DNA from: Macrostomum lignano
Taxonomy: Eukaryota
Direction: 5' to 3'
Assembly (NCBI GenBank): GCA_002269645.1
Contig: NIVC01005206.1
Location: forward strand, 1 to 21,349
DNA length: 21,349 nt
The position numbers and the translations under genes are program-made. The stretch's first letter is position 1. Each line of letters opens with the position of its first letter. This document shows, piece by piece, positions 1-9,935 of the stretch. The notes beneath the pieces are model-generated. The model saw nothing but the letters and a program-made list of their open reading frames with translations. It had not been told where the DNA came from and made no database searches.

Positions 1-279
1 CGTTTTAAAAAAATAGGATTCTATGTTCATTTTTTATTCTACGTACATTTGCTCATATCTTTGTGCCTAAAAACCATTAGAATAGCACGGCTCAGCTCTT
101 TGGTTTTATGAGTATATTTTATCATTCTTAGCTGACTTTGTAACAAATATGCGTAGCACAAATGATAAAATGGATTCATAAAACCAGATTTAGAGCTGTG
201 CAATGCATATTTATTATTTTTAAGTACCGGAAATGTACGTAGAATAAAAAATTAACATAGAATCCTACTTCTTTGAACG
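1..279. repeat. Long imperfect foldback (MITE-like hairpin), may extend beyond the window start
   Basis: 1..50 (cgttttaaaaaaataggattctatgttcattttttattctacgtacattt) is a near reverse complement of 231..279. An inner pair (cagctctttggttttatgagtatattttatcatt vs aatgataaaatggattcataaaaccagatttagagctg) continues the stem. No ORF. Confidence 0.8.
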
Positions 280-621
280 AAAAGCTTTATAAATATCGAT
301 AGAGCAATAAGAAAGGCACGATTCATATCAAAAGATGAACACTGGATCTGCTTCCTATCAAAAGCAATAACAATTTTTGTGCTGAAAAAATGAAAACTTC
401 CTATCTCCGTAGTGTATTTTTTCAGGTAAACTTGCTTTCTAAATTTTTTTAATAAACGAGGTTTCCCGTCCTACTTAAGTTGTCCTTGCTATTTAGTCGT
501 ACTTGATCAGTAGTTCTTAAGTATCGCGATCGCAGGTGCATCTTTGAGGCTTCCCGTCCCGCATAGCAAAATTACGTATCCAATAGAAAGTGGGACGTCT
601 CCGATACGTAACTTTTTTGGT

Positions 622-803
622 TGCAGGAACGTCCTTGATACGCATCCAATTTTTATGATCCTCTCTAAAATAAGCTCGTTTCTACAAAAATGGTGGAATA
701 AATAGTCAATAAAATTACAAGCATTATCTGTCCACCATTTTTGTAGAAACGAGCTTCTTTAGAGGATCATAAAAATTGGATACGTATCAAGAACGTTCCT
801 GCA
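622..803. repeat. Foldback inverted repeat (about 75-bp arms, 33-bp loop), MITE-like
   Basis: Left arm 622..697 (tgcaggaacgtccttgatacg...aaaatggtgga) matches the reverse complement of the right arm 731..803 (tccaccattttt...gaacgttcctgca), with a few substitutions and small indels. No clear TSD. Confidence 0.85.
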
Positions 804-862
804 CTACCCAAGGACCACTGAAGTCACTTTGTTAAACTTCTAAGTAGTCCTTGCACTACCAT

Positions 863-1810
863 ATGATGGAGCAGATTCGGCGCCAAGGCGAAGCCGAGGA
901 CGAACTGCGTAAGTTTTTTATGCATATACTAGAAGAAGATGTTAACAGCCTTGTAAACGTATAGTGATGACGATTCTTAATTTAGTTTGCATCTGCCTCG
1001 CAACTCCTCCCTCATTTTTATGTACTTCTTCAATAGGCCATCAATTGAGCGGAGTTCGTGAAAAGCTGGGGGAAGCTCAAGCTGAAAATCGTCAGCTGCA
1101 AGCTTAAGTTCATCGTTGAAGGCTGTCTCCGCTACGTCGTGCTCGTCGGAATCCGACACGACCGTGGCGAGAAGTTATGCGGTGCACGTTCTGGGTCGCG
1201 TCGCAAAGCGGTAGGAACAATCGCTTGGGCTCATCAATGAAGTGTGCAGCACTCTGGGCGGTTCCGATATGCGCCCTGCAGATGAAAACGGTCCGGATTC
1301 GCACGATGAGTGAGTGCGACGCGTCGGGCTCCACAATTAGACCCCAGCGCATCCTCCGCATTTTTCATCCAGGGCGTATTAGCACCGGTCAAACCAAGCA
1401 ACTGCACCGCAGTATGCACTAGGTTTTGGCTGTGCATTCGTCGAACGCAAAGCAAGGCAGTCTGGAGTCATTATTTGTTGCGACACTGATCCAGCTTTCA
1501 AAGATGTCTTGGTGAGCATGCGCTACCGGCTATAGAAGCGCTGGCCGTAAAAAACCGTGGACCCACAGACAAAGATGGTGCAGGCGGATGAAAACTTCAT
1601 TCGTTTGGACCATTCTGTGAGTCGTTTTCTCCGTTGAGGAGTTTAAAAACTCGAGCGTCTCCGGTCGTTGCAGCTCGCATGGCGAAGCTGAACAAGTCCG
1701 TGCAGCTAACAGATAAACTGCATGGAGACTATCCATGGTTACTGCAAGCACGTTTACGTATATAGCGAGCTGTATAGCGAGTGATCCGCCCAACGGGTGC
1801 ATTTAGGGGT
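863..1810 (+). pseudogene. Putative decayed multi-exon gene with an N-terminal coiled-coil; product unknown
   Basis: ATG at 863. Intron 909..1036 (GTAAGT...TAG) joins MMEQIRRQGEAEDEL to RHQLSGVREKLGEAQAENRQLQA, which reads as a coiled coil. Further GTGAG...CAG intron candidates lie at 1310..1372, 1512..1568 and 1617..1673. In-frame stops (TAA 1105, TAG) and one frameshift near 1114 interrupt the frame. The frame is ambiguous beyond 1309. Confidence 0.4.
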
Positions 1811-3119
1811 AGGCGATGGGGATCCCTGAAGAGTATCCAATGTTGCGATAGTATTTAATGGACGTACATTAAGGTATATCAAGCCGTATATAAATATACC
1901 GTAAGTAGGATCAAAGTCGACCTGCCCATCTGGGTGTCATTGAGAAGGCCAGAAAAGCGTATTGATAGCGTTTTGTTTTCGGAAAGTGAAATATAAAATT
2001 TACAGTTTTGTACAAGTGAATTTAATATTTCTCTTCGAGAGACGGCTAAATCGAAATTCGTAGTCGTGAAAAATTGGAACAATGAGCCGTTCTTGATAAT
2101 TTTATGCTACGGTAATAAGCACAGGATTTGGCTGCAGGGATCCGGTTCAGTCACCCAGAATTCATTCGGAACTGTCACCCGAATTTTTATAGAGATACTT
2201 TTTTATGCTTTTAGTACTGCTACTGTACAATATACGCAGTCGCCTTGCTGCCGAGCCCTTCTTTTATCGGCCTGAACAGCTACATCGATAATTTGGATAT
2301 CTGTTCATATTCATTTACTCAAAAGATACAACACCTACTAAATACACTGCAGGTGTCGGCTAACACTAAATCACTTAATTAGCCTTCTAGCTACTCGACC
2401 TGGATTTATTCATCATCGGAGGATTAAATTGAAAAAGGTTTTGTGCTAATCTTCTATTAGTATAATCTGTCTCAAATTTTCGGTATTACATTATATTTTG
2501 AGCGAGTGACCTTACAGCTAGCTGCCTTGTACATGTCTGACTGAATCGAGTGTGTCAACAATTTTTTTCCAAGCTCAATGCAGAGATTTTAATGTGAATT
2601 AATTAACAGAAACAGAAGATAGGTCTACACCTGTCATATAAAAGCAGCCGATTCTCTACATGGTCGTGATGCTTCTGCAAATTACGAGAAAATGCCGACA
2701 GATGCTCGTCATTTTAGCGTTGCTAGCAAGAACTGTATGAAATAGATTTTCGTGGGAAAATCAATCAGTTCTTTTTGCGATCACGAACACTTACTCGATC
2801 AAAGATTTAATTGTAGCTGCTGTGGGGATTTTTCCCACAAGCAATTGTAAATGTTTTCTTGTCTCTTTAAAAATCTTCTTTTCGAACCGATGAAATGATA
2901 CTATGATACAAATGTGCACTTGCACTTCACCATTGGCCGTCCGCTCAGATACGACCCACCTTCCGGCTCAGTCTGGCAGCCGACATTGACTGCAAGGGTG
3001 CGGGGGGACTTCAATCTGGCAACTGCGACAGCACTGACCTCAGGCCGGAGTTCGTGCTTCTGAGCTTTGCCTGCTTCTGAAAATTGTCTGAACTTCGACT
3101 GGAATCCTGGGATGGTGGA

Positions 3120-3250
3120 GCAGGTCGGGCAGTCAAAGTACAAGTAGTCAGCCTGGAAACGCGGTTTCTTGCTAAGAAGGTCGGTGTTAACACGAGAAGC
3201 TCCGGGACAGTGGATCACCTTGAAATTGTATTCTGCCATGCGCTTCGTTG
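3120..3250 (-). mobile_element. Ty3/Gypsy pol fragment: C-terminal end of RNase H
   Basis: The translation EYNFKVIHCPGASRVNTDLLSKKP...DCPTC matches the Gypsy RNase H tail (EY.F.I.HRPG..N.D.LSR, followed by a CxxC). A stop lies just upstream, so it is truncated. Confidence 0.6.
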
Positions 3251-3998
3251 TTTACCGGTCCGAATTCAATGCACTTATATTTTCAGTCGTTGCCCCAGCG
3301 CTAATTTATTTTTCTGCGTCCCTGAACAGCAGTTTCCGGCTCTGTTGGGGCTCGCCGGCCTCGACTTGTCTCGTTAATTAAAAAAAAGCCTACGACTATG
3401 CTATGCTCAACTGATAACGGCCTTCAACTTAACGCAGAGTATTAGCGCAGAAACACAACAATGCTCTGCAGCATCTGCACGAGCCCAAGTAGCTTCATCG
3501 TAAAACAGTAGTCGTCGCTGCGTCGACTGTTTTAATTCGCAGTGACGAGCCCTGTAGTTGCAGGCGTACGTGCCAGAAACTTTGCCTCTGAGGGCCGTAT
3601 ATTTAACTTACAGTATGTATGGGCTACCTGCCGATGTGCAACTTTATGTTGCGTAATCAATATATAGGCCCCGTGCACGGTGGGGAGAGGGCAAGGAAAA
3701 GTGCAAAGGTAGCTTGGTACACTAAATCTCTTCCCCACGCGAGAAAAAACCACGAACTTACAAGTAATGAATAACAATTTTGACTTGATTGTTGTGTCTC
3801 TTGAATCACGAAAAAAGGGAAAAAACAAAGACAAAATATAGCGGTCCGTTACCATCGCAAAAATGAGAGTTTACAGGCGCCTGGTCAAACTCGGGTCACT
3901 GTAATTGTGCCGTCACTGGCTGTGCCTGTCGCACTAGCGGTCTGTCAGGCCCGTGATCGCCTTCCGAATACAGGTCGTCCAACTCCCAGGGGCATGAC

Positions 3999-4625
3999 TC
4001 AAAGCGGCTTCATGTTCCGCCGCATGGCAGCTACGTCACACTGCAGCGTCATTGCATCGCCATCGACAGCTTTGACGACCCAAAGGCCGTGGGGTCGAAC
4101 GGACAACTCAGCGTGGCCTTTTCCGCGGTCTCTGAGCATCACCGTGTGTCACAATACCGTGTTGCTGAAGCTGGTTCCCGAGGCGGCCTAGCTGCTTTGT
4201 AGGACCGGTGGGCAGGATGTCACTGATGTCTCTGTTGAGCACGAAGTTATTAAATGGATGGTTGGTGCCCCGTGGCACTGAGTTGCGGTATCCGAGCAGC
4301 CTTCTATCGTGGCGGCATTGACAGTCTACGGTTGAAGCGCTCCACCTCGACGTTCGCTGCCGGGTAGAGAGGGTTGACTCCGTGATGTTGAACTCCAAGG
4401 CCGTCGATCAGAAACTCCTGGAATCGTCGCTCGTAAGGTAAGGTCGGTTTGTCCGTGGCGAGCTGCTGCGGCTCACCGAATCGGTTGAAGGAGGCCATAT
4501 ACATGTAGCACAGTTGATGACGCTAGTGAGGCTGCGCACCACGTTAAAGTCTGGGTAGCTGCTGAAGTATTCTAGACCACCAAGACCACATTTGTAGGGA
4601 ACGGCCCGCAGGCGCTCAGCAAAGT
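3999..4625 (-). mobile_element. Ty3/Gypsy integrase relic (rve core and C-terminal part), frameshifted
   Basis: Across frames: LEYFSSYPDF...; FNRFGEPQQLATDKPTLPYERRFQEFLIDGLGVQHHGVNPLYPAANVEVERFNRRL (core D...E region); LLGYRNSVPRGTNHPFNNFVLNRDISDILPT; WVVKAVDGDAMTLQCDVAAMRRNMKPL. All are typical Gypsy integrase motifs in the correct order. Confidence 0.85.
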
Positions 4626-4726
4626 TGACGGTAGTCAAAGTTGAGCATGATAGTGAAATTTCCAAGTGCAGAGATTCTATAAACCAGTTTAAGCCGGTTT
4701 TGCAGACTTGTGACTTGCAATTGGGT

Positions 4727-4985
4727 TGTAACCCAAAATATTAGTACAGAGTCAAGTAAAGTATAGAGACTTAACTGACTGCCGAGTTGTCTGGATTTGT
4801 CTGACGCGCTTGCTCTGTGTGAAGTGCTCTCTTACACTGGCGGATCTTTCACTTTAGCGTCTCGGTGGGACCTCCAGAAATATATGTAGTGTGTAGCGAG
4901 TCCGATATGTTTACTTTGTGAAGGTGGTTAGGGTGCAGTTTCAGTAGTAGTATCTGATCCACGTCACGGCTGCCACACGGTTACA
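4727..4985. mobile_element. Possible solo LTR (259 bp)
   Basis: Bounded by TGTAACC...GGTTACA (7-bp TG..CA terminal inverted repeat), about 100 bp from the integrase relic. No matching TSD, PBS or PPT was found. Confidence 0.3.
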
Positions 4986-5592
4986 GGAAAAAAGACAAAA
5001 AATCTACATGTAATCAAACAAATTTACCAAACACGATAAATAAAATCCGCTAGAGAAATAGCATCCCTTGGTAGTGCTTCTTTGGTTTATTTTTTTACTT
5101 TATTATATCTGCAGTTCTTTTAAAACGACAGAATGCGCAGGGCACAGGTATGAATTCAATCCCAGCTCAGCCAGAAACGAAGCGAGACAGCTTGAGCAGT
5201 CCGGAGAGTCCAGCAGCAGTGATGCCGCATCAGTCTTATGGCTGCGGCTTCCTTTTACTAGCAGTCTTATACAGGGGCACAAGATGATTGACGCCGCCCA
5301 ACTTTCCTGTAGATCATAATTCTATCTCAGGCCAAATTACAGGTATGAACGCGATGAAATTATACACGGCTCGTATCTGTTTCTGACATTTTTCTGCACA
5401 AAATAACCAAGAATTGTTTTGAGAAGCAGACTTTTTTGTTTACTTTTGTGACTTATCATTTTAAATCTATTCACTGAGGCCTAAGCTGTTTTAATCTGTG
5501 TAGTAGTAAAGTCTCAATCCAAAAACGGCTTAGTTCAAAAAGGTAATAAAATAGTGTTGTCACAAACTGCTCCAAAACTGGCTCATAGGCCG

Positions 5593-5700
5593 CAGGGGTC
5601 GCAAAACTTCGGCCTGGAGGCCACATGCGGCCCGCGAAACCTCTCTATCCGGCCCTCGGGTCCTTTGAAACTTCACAATAGCAATGCGGCCCGATCAAGA
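5593..5700 (+). mobile_element. 5' terminus of a hAT (Charlie/Buster-type) non-autonomous DNA transposon, truncated
   Basis: CAGGGGTCGCAAAACTTCGGCCTGGAGGCCACATGCGGCCCGCG...ATCCGGCCC...ATGCGGCCCG. The CAGGGG start and repeated CGGCCC subterminal motifs are typical of this group. No partner end was seen. Confidence 0.6.
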
Positions 5701-5706
5701 CTTGTG

Positions 5707-6180
5707 TCTCTTCTCAGCTCTCTTCTTCTCCTCTCCTCTCCCCTCTCCTCTCCCCTCTCCTCTCTCCTCTCCTCTCTCCTCTCCTTCCCCTCTCCTCTCT
5801 CCTCTCCTCTCTCCTCTCCTCTCCCTCTCCTTTTCCCTCTCCTCTCTCCTCTCCTCTCTCCTCTCCTCTCCCCTCTCCTCTCTCCTCTCCTCTCTCCTCT
5901 CCTCTCCCCTCTCCTTTCCCTCTCCTCTCTCCTCTCCTCTCTCCTCTCCTCTCCCTCTCCTCTCTCCTCTCCTCTCTCCTCTCCTCTCTCCTCTCCTTTC
6001 CTCTCCTCTCTCCTCTCCTCTCCCTCTCCTCTCTCCTCTCCTCTCCCTCTCCTCTCTCCTCTCCTCTCTCCTCTCCTCTCCCCTCTCCTCTCTCCTCTCC
6101 TCTCCCCTCTCCTCTCCCCTCTCCTCTCCCCTCTCCTCTCTCCTCACCTCTTCTCCTATCTTCTCTCTTATCTTTTCTCT
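5707..6180. repeat. CT-rich simple repeat (CCTCT/CTCT units)
   Basis: Near-pure pyrimidine tract. It explains the LLSPLLSP and RGEER ORFs. Confidence 0.95.
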
Positions 6181-6940
6181 AATTCCATCTCTCGCCCCTC
6201 TTCTCCACTTTGATCTCTAATTTCTATTCCCTTCTGAAATGAGACAAAGTTTACAAAATAAATTGGCTCAATCAAATAGAAGTTAATTCACAGAAACGCG
6301 AGCAAACTAATAAGCAAAAACTCAGTTACTATTCCAGGTTCTCTGCTCAGTGACAACATGTTACTACATTATATTCCTGACTGATGTCTGTCATTTGTCT
6401 TCGTGAAAAAGCACCACTAACAGCATATGAGCTCGTACTGGGTCAGATTCCATGAGTACAAGTATAAACACTTTGGTATATATATAATTAAGTAAGCTAC
6501 TTGCATTCAGTTTCACGCCAGATTGTACTGCACGAGCGTACGCTCGTACAGCCCATAACCTCGTATTCATGGCTAGCTAACAAATCAGGAATGGAGGCTG
6601 GCAAACCGAATTTACGAAGATCCAAAGCTCTAATTGGGTGGAGAGAGAGAAGAGAGTTGCTGGAAAGAGATTTATTGACCTATAAGTGCACGGCACGGAA
6701 TGCTGAGGAGTGGCCCAGCGGTTTGAAATTTCTGAGCTTTCAAACGGATTGGCGGATAGACCTTCGTTACTCCGTTACAATCGAGTTATTTCTGGTGAGC
6801 CATATATTTTGAGTTTGCATCTAGAGTGAAAAGCGGAAACCAATAAAACTTTATGCACCAGACACAGTTGAAAATGCACGTAGTAAACCAGTTTTAGATT
6901 CAAGTAGCTACATGCATAAACCTCTATTTTAAGCAACTGA

Positions 6941-8975
6941 TGTAACCGCCCTTGTCGCCCGTCCGCTCCGCGGGAGGCGAACGCATGACCAGAGGGGGCA
7001 ATGACCGTAGGCTGCCTATGACCAGGCAATGAACTGACGGACCTCCAGCACCAGACTGTCCCGCCCACATGATTGATAGCTTTGGTAGCGTTTTCGTGAC
7101 CAGAGGGCCAAGGACCCCACCTGTAGCCAAGGTGCAATAGTTGGTCAATGACCACCACTGTATGTGACCTGGCGCACCTAGATCTTACTACCAGACCTCT
7201 CGAGGCTAGAGCCCCGCCTGGATTGGTTGCCAAAGGATTTAGGCTAACAGGGGAGACACATGCAGCCGAGTACAGGGACTCTGCTTGGGGCATGATCGGG
7301 AACTCTGGGCTCAATCTGGAGGATTTCTCAGCAGGGGATCCTTTGTGGCTGTGAGCGAGGCGGACTTGCGGCTTCAACTACTAAGAGTAGTGTGAGGCGA
7401 ACATGTACTAGCTATAGTTTAGATTGCTCAGGGCGAAGGGACGCGTCAGCATGGGGTTGCAACCTTCCTACTGCCATTCTGTGCCAAGACTCGCTAATCC
7501 CCTCTACTGCACGCACACTCGAACCCGCAGCACACACCCACAGGCGGGCTTTGCACGGGGAGAGGCCATTAGCTTACCCAAACTTCCTTATGCTTTGCCA
7601 CCCAGGGAGAAGGCTTAGCAAGCCATGAGTGAAATGATGGTGAAAGAGTGAATAATGAGGAGTTTAGTAATAGTTAACGATTAGGCCCTTAGGCAAAATA
7701 ATCAGGCAATTAGGCGGCTTCACTATTGAATAAAATACAGCAAAAGATACGGTATCACAATTGGCTCAGCTCTCTAATCAAGCAATGGGAAATAAGCAAA
7801 CCCCGGATAAGCAAAGGCAATCAGAGCAAAAATTAGTAACAGGAACTTACCGGCTGCTGCACAGAGAGAGAGAGAGCGATGGAGTGACCGTGGGCGGCTG
7901 CTGGCTGCAGTCAGGCAGACTGTGAGGCGGCAGAGGTTCGTCCTATAGACGAATGGGTCAGATCAAGGTCTGAAAGCGAGTCCAAAGAAGGACCAGAGGA
8001 GAGCCGAAGCGCTTAGAGGATTCTCATGCCGAAAACCGCTTCCTTAAATAGCCTTCTTAGCCGCCGCTCCAAGGTCGTTTCCATGACTCCCTCTCTCTGA
8101 TTGGCTGCCGGCGAAATGACGTCAGAATGAGTCATGATGAGAATCATGAGAACGGCATAGCAACATGAGAAATGGGGGAATTGCGCAATCCGGAGGTGGG
8201 GTGGGGGGATAATTGGCGCAGCGGGAGGTCGAGAAAGTGTTGCGCAAGCAAACATTGAGAACAATAGGGCTGGGGTCGAGAACAAAGAAAATGGAATGGG
8301 GATAATTGGGGAGAATCGAGAACAATAGGAAAGTAAACATTGGAGAAAATATGCTAACTGAGTGCGAAAATGAGAACAAAAGAAAGAGAAAATCGGAGAA
8401 AATGTGATAATTGGGTGCGAAGAGGAGAAAAAAGAATCAAAAACGAGAACAATAGAAGCGGAAGTGGGGTGGGTGTCGCATGAGAAATTTGGGGAGTAGA
8501 ACAATAGCATGAGAAAAGGTTGCGCAAGAGGGGGTGGTGAGTTATCGATGAGTCATCGAGGGGAAAGAGGGGTCACAAGGCTTGCGTCACCGTTTGGGAG
8601 TTTACTAAGGGGTGGGGAGACGGTGAGCGCACAAAGTACTGTGAGTAGGCACGGGAAGAGAGGGGGACAGCGCAGGAAAAACAGTCCAAAAAGAAAGAAA
8701 AAGAGGGAGAGTGGGAGAAGTACATAATAGATAGGGTAGAGCGCATAGGAAATAGAGTAGCGGGTGGAGGCAGAGGGAGATAGGGGCTCCGGAAAGGCTC
8801 GTGTGGTGGGGTGGGAGACGGAGCCGAGGCAGCAGAGGCGCAGCAGAGCGGGAGTCAGCAGGCCTGGTCAAAGACCTGGCCCAATCTCGACGGCTCTGCT
8901 CAGGGGGTGCACGGAGATCGGTGGTACTTTTGAAAAATTTCCCTTGCCATATCCCGCGACCAGAGCGTGGTTACA
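6941..8975 (-). mobile_element. Possible long LTR-like segment containing a promoter block
   Basis: TGTAACC at 6941, with inverted GGTTACA at 8969..8975 (alternative end GGTCACA 8571..8577). It contains a U3-like degenerate repeated purine-rich region, a TATA-like element and a downstream splice donor in - orientation. No TSD at either candidate end. Confidence 0.3.
8044..8555 (-). promoter_or_regulatory. Pol II promoter/enhancer-like cluster (TATA-like, CCAAT, CRE, AP-1, C/EBP, Sox motifs)
   Basis: TATTTAA on - (8044..8050); CCAAT on - (8100..8104); TGACGTCA 8117..8124; TGAGTCA 8128..8134 and 8549..8555; TTGCGCAA 8181, 8240, 8520; AGAACAATAG 8258, 8319, 8446, 8498; GATAATTGG 8208, 8301, 8406. 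Confidence 0.6.
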
Positions 8976-9020
8976 TAACAACTCTGTACTCCACAATCTA
9001 CTGGGAAAAGTGCATGGTGC

Positions 9021-9056
9021 CCCCTGATACCTCTGGCGCCCCTGATACCTCTGGTG
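9021..9056. repeat. 18-bp tandem duplication
   Basis: cccctgatacctctggcg followed by cccctgatacctctggtg. Confidence 0.9.
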
Positions 9057-9227
9057 CCCGTAAACCATAGTGTTGGCTCCCATAAACCATATGTTGTTGA
9101 CGCCCAAGTGATGACGCTTTTGCGGCAATCTGTTGCTGAGGTGTGCAATGAGCACATAAATCATCTCAGATGATCATCTCATCGCTGTGTGATAACCACT
9201 GCTTATACAATATATAATAATACTTGT

Positions 9228-9410
9228 AGGAGGTTTGTGGGCACCATGACGCATCGCGTTCGGCGACATGGTCCCACAATCTGCACAGAGGCTATTCTGC
9301 CCATTCTGCTGACTCCTGACCACATACAAGCGCGCCAATACTGTACGCAGACACACGCACACGCTCACGCAGGGTGGACAGCGGCGCTGAATCCGTTATC
9401 ATTAGGATGT
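9228..9410 (+). repeat. Interspersed repeat, copy 1 (homologous to 19521..19706)
   Basis: Colinear shared blocks: ggtttgtg.gcacc, cgacat.gtc.cacaa, gagg, ctgcccatt, gactcc, caagcgcgc, gtacgcag, cac.ctcac.cagg, acagcg, ttagga.tgt. Confidence 0.75.
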
Positions 9411-9935
9411 CACCAGTTACAGATTGAAATTGAGATTAACAACTAATTTAGTTAATTTGTCAACAGTGGGTCCTGACGGGTCCATCCGTTTCGCCAGCTT
9501 CGAAGATTGAGTCCAGCCGTTGAAGCAGAGACGCTTTTCACATCCGCAAAGAAGCGTAATTGAAAAAGAAACCGGAGAGAGAAGGGAGTTGAAAGTGAGA
9601 CCGCAATGGAAAGGAAATTATCGAGGAAATACTTTTAGTTGGGTTTTAGCGGGGATCGGGAGTGGTGCGCAGAAGTCTGTGGAAAGGGAGGCAGCGCGAA
9701 AGCGGCTGGTCGCCTGCCGCCCCCTAATCCCAACGGGGCTGAGGGAACTCGTTGATTAATCTCCCTCTCGATTCTCGCACTCCGCCTCTCTCCCTCTCAG
9801 CAGCGGCAGCGCCAGCAATCGCTCCTGTGTCAAACTAACACAAGAAACTCTCTCGGAGAGAAAGAGGAAATAAAGTCCAACTGCACCACAACCCGCGCCA
9901 TCAACAGGCAAAGCCGAAGCGTTCAAGCGCCACAG

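Noticed and set aside
2751-2839. Two inverted CSL/Su(H)-type sites (CGTGGGAA, TTCCCACA)
   Set aside because: Spacing is about 75 bp rather than the 15-17 bp of paired sites, no gene is nearby, and they could occur by chance.
5113-5350. Possible micro-exons (tctgcag acceptor, two CAG|GTATGA donors)
   Set aside because: No recognisable product or consistent frame could be built.
5554-6220. Long Leu/Ser/Pro and Arg/Glu ORFs (also 12803..13150 and 13591..14477)
   Set aside because: They are translations of stop-free CT/GA simple repeats and are open in several frames on both strands.
6590-6793. Exon-like open stretch (GMEAGKPNLRR...IELFL|gtgagc)
   Set aside because: No recognisable homology and no partner exons.
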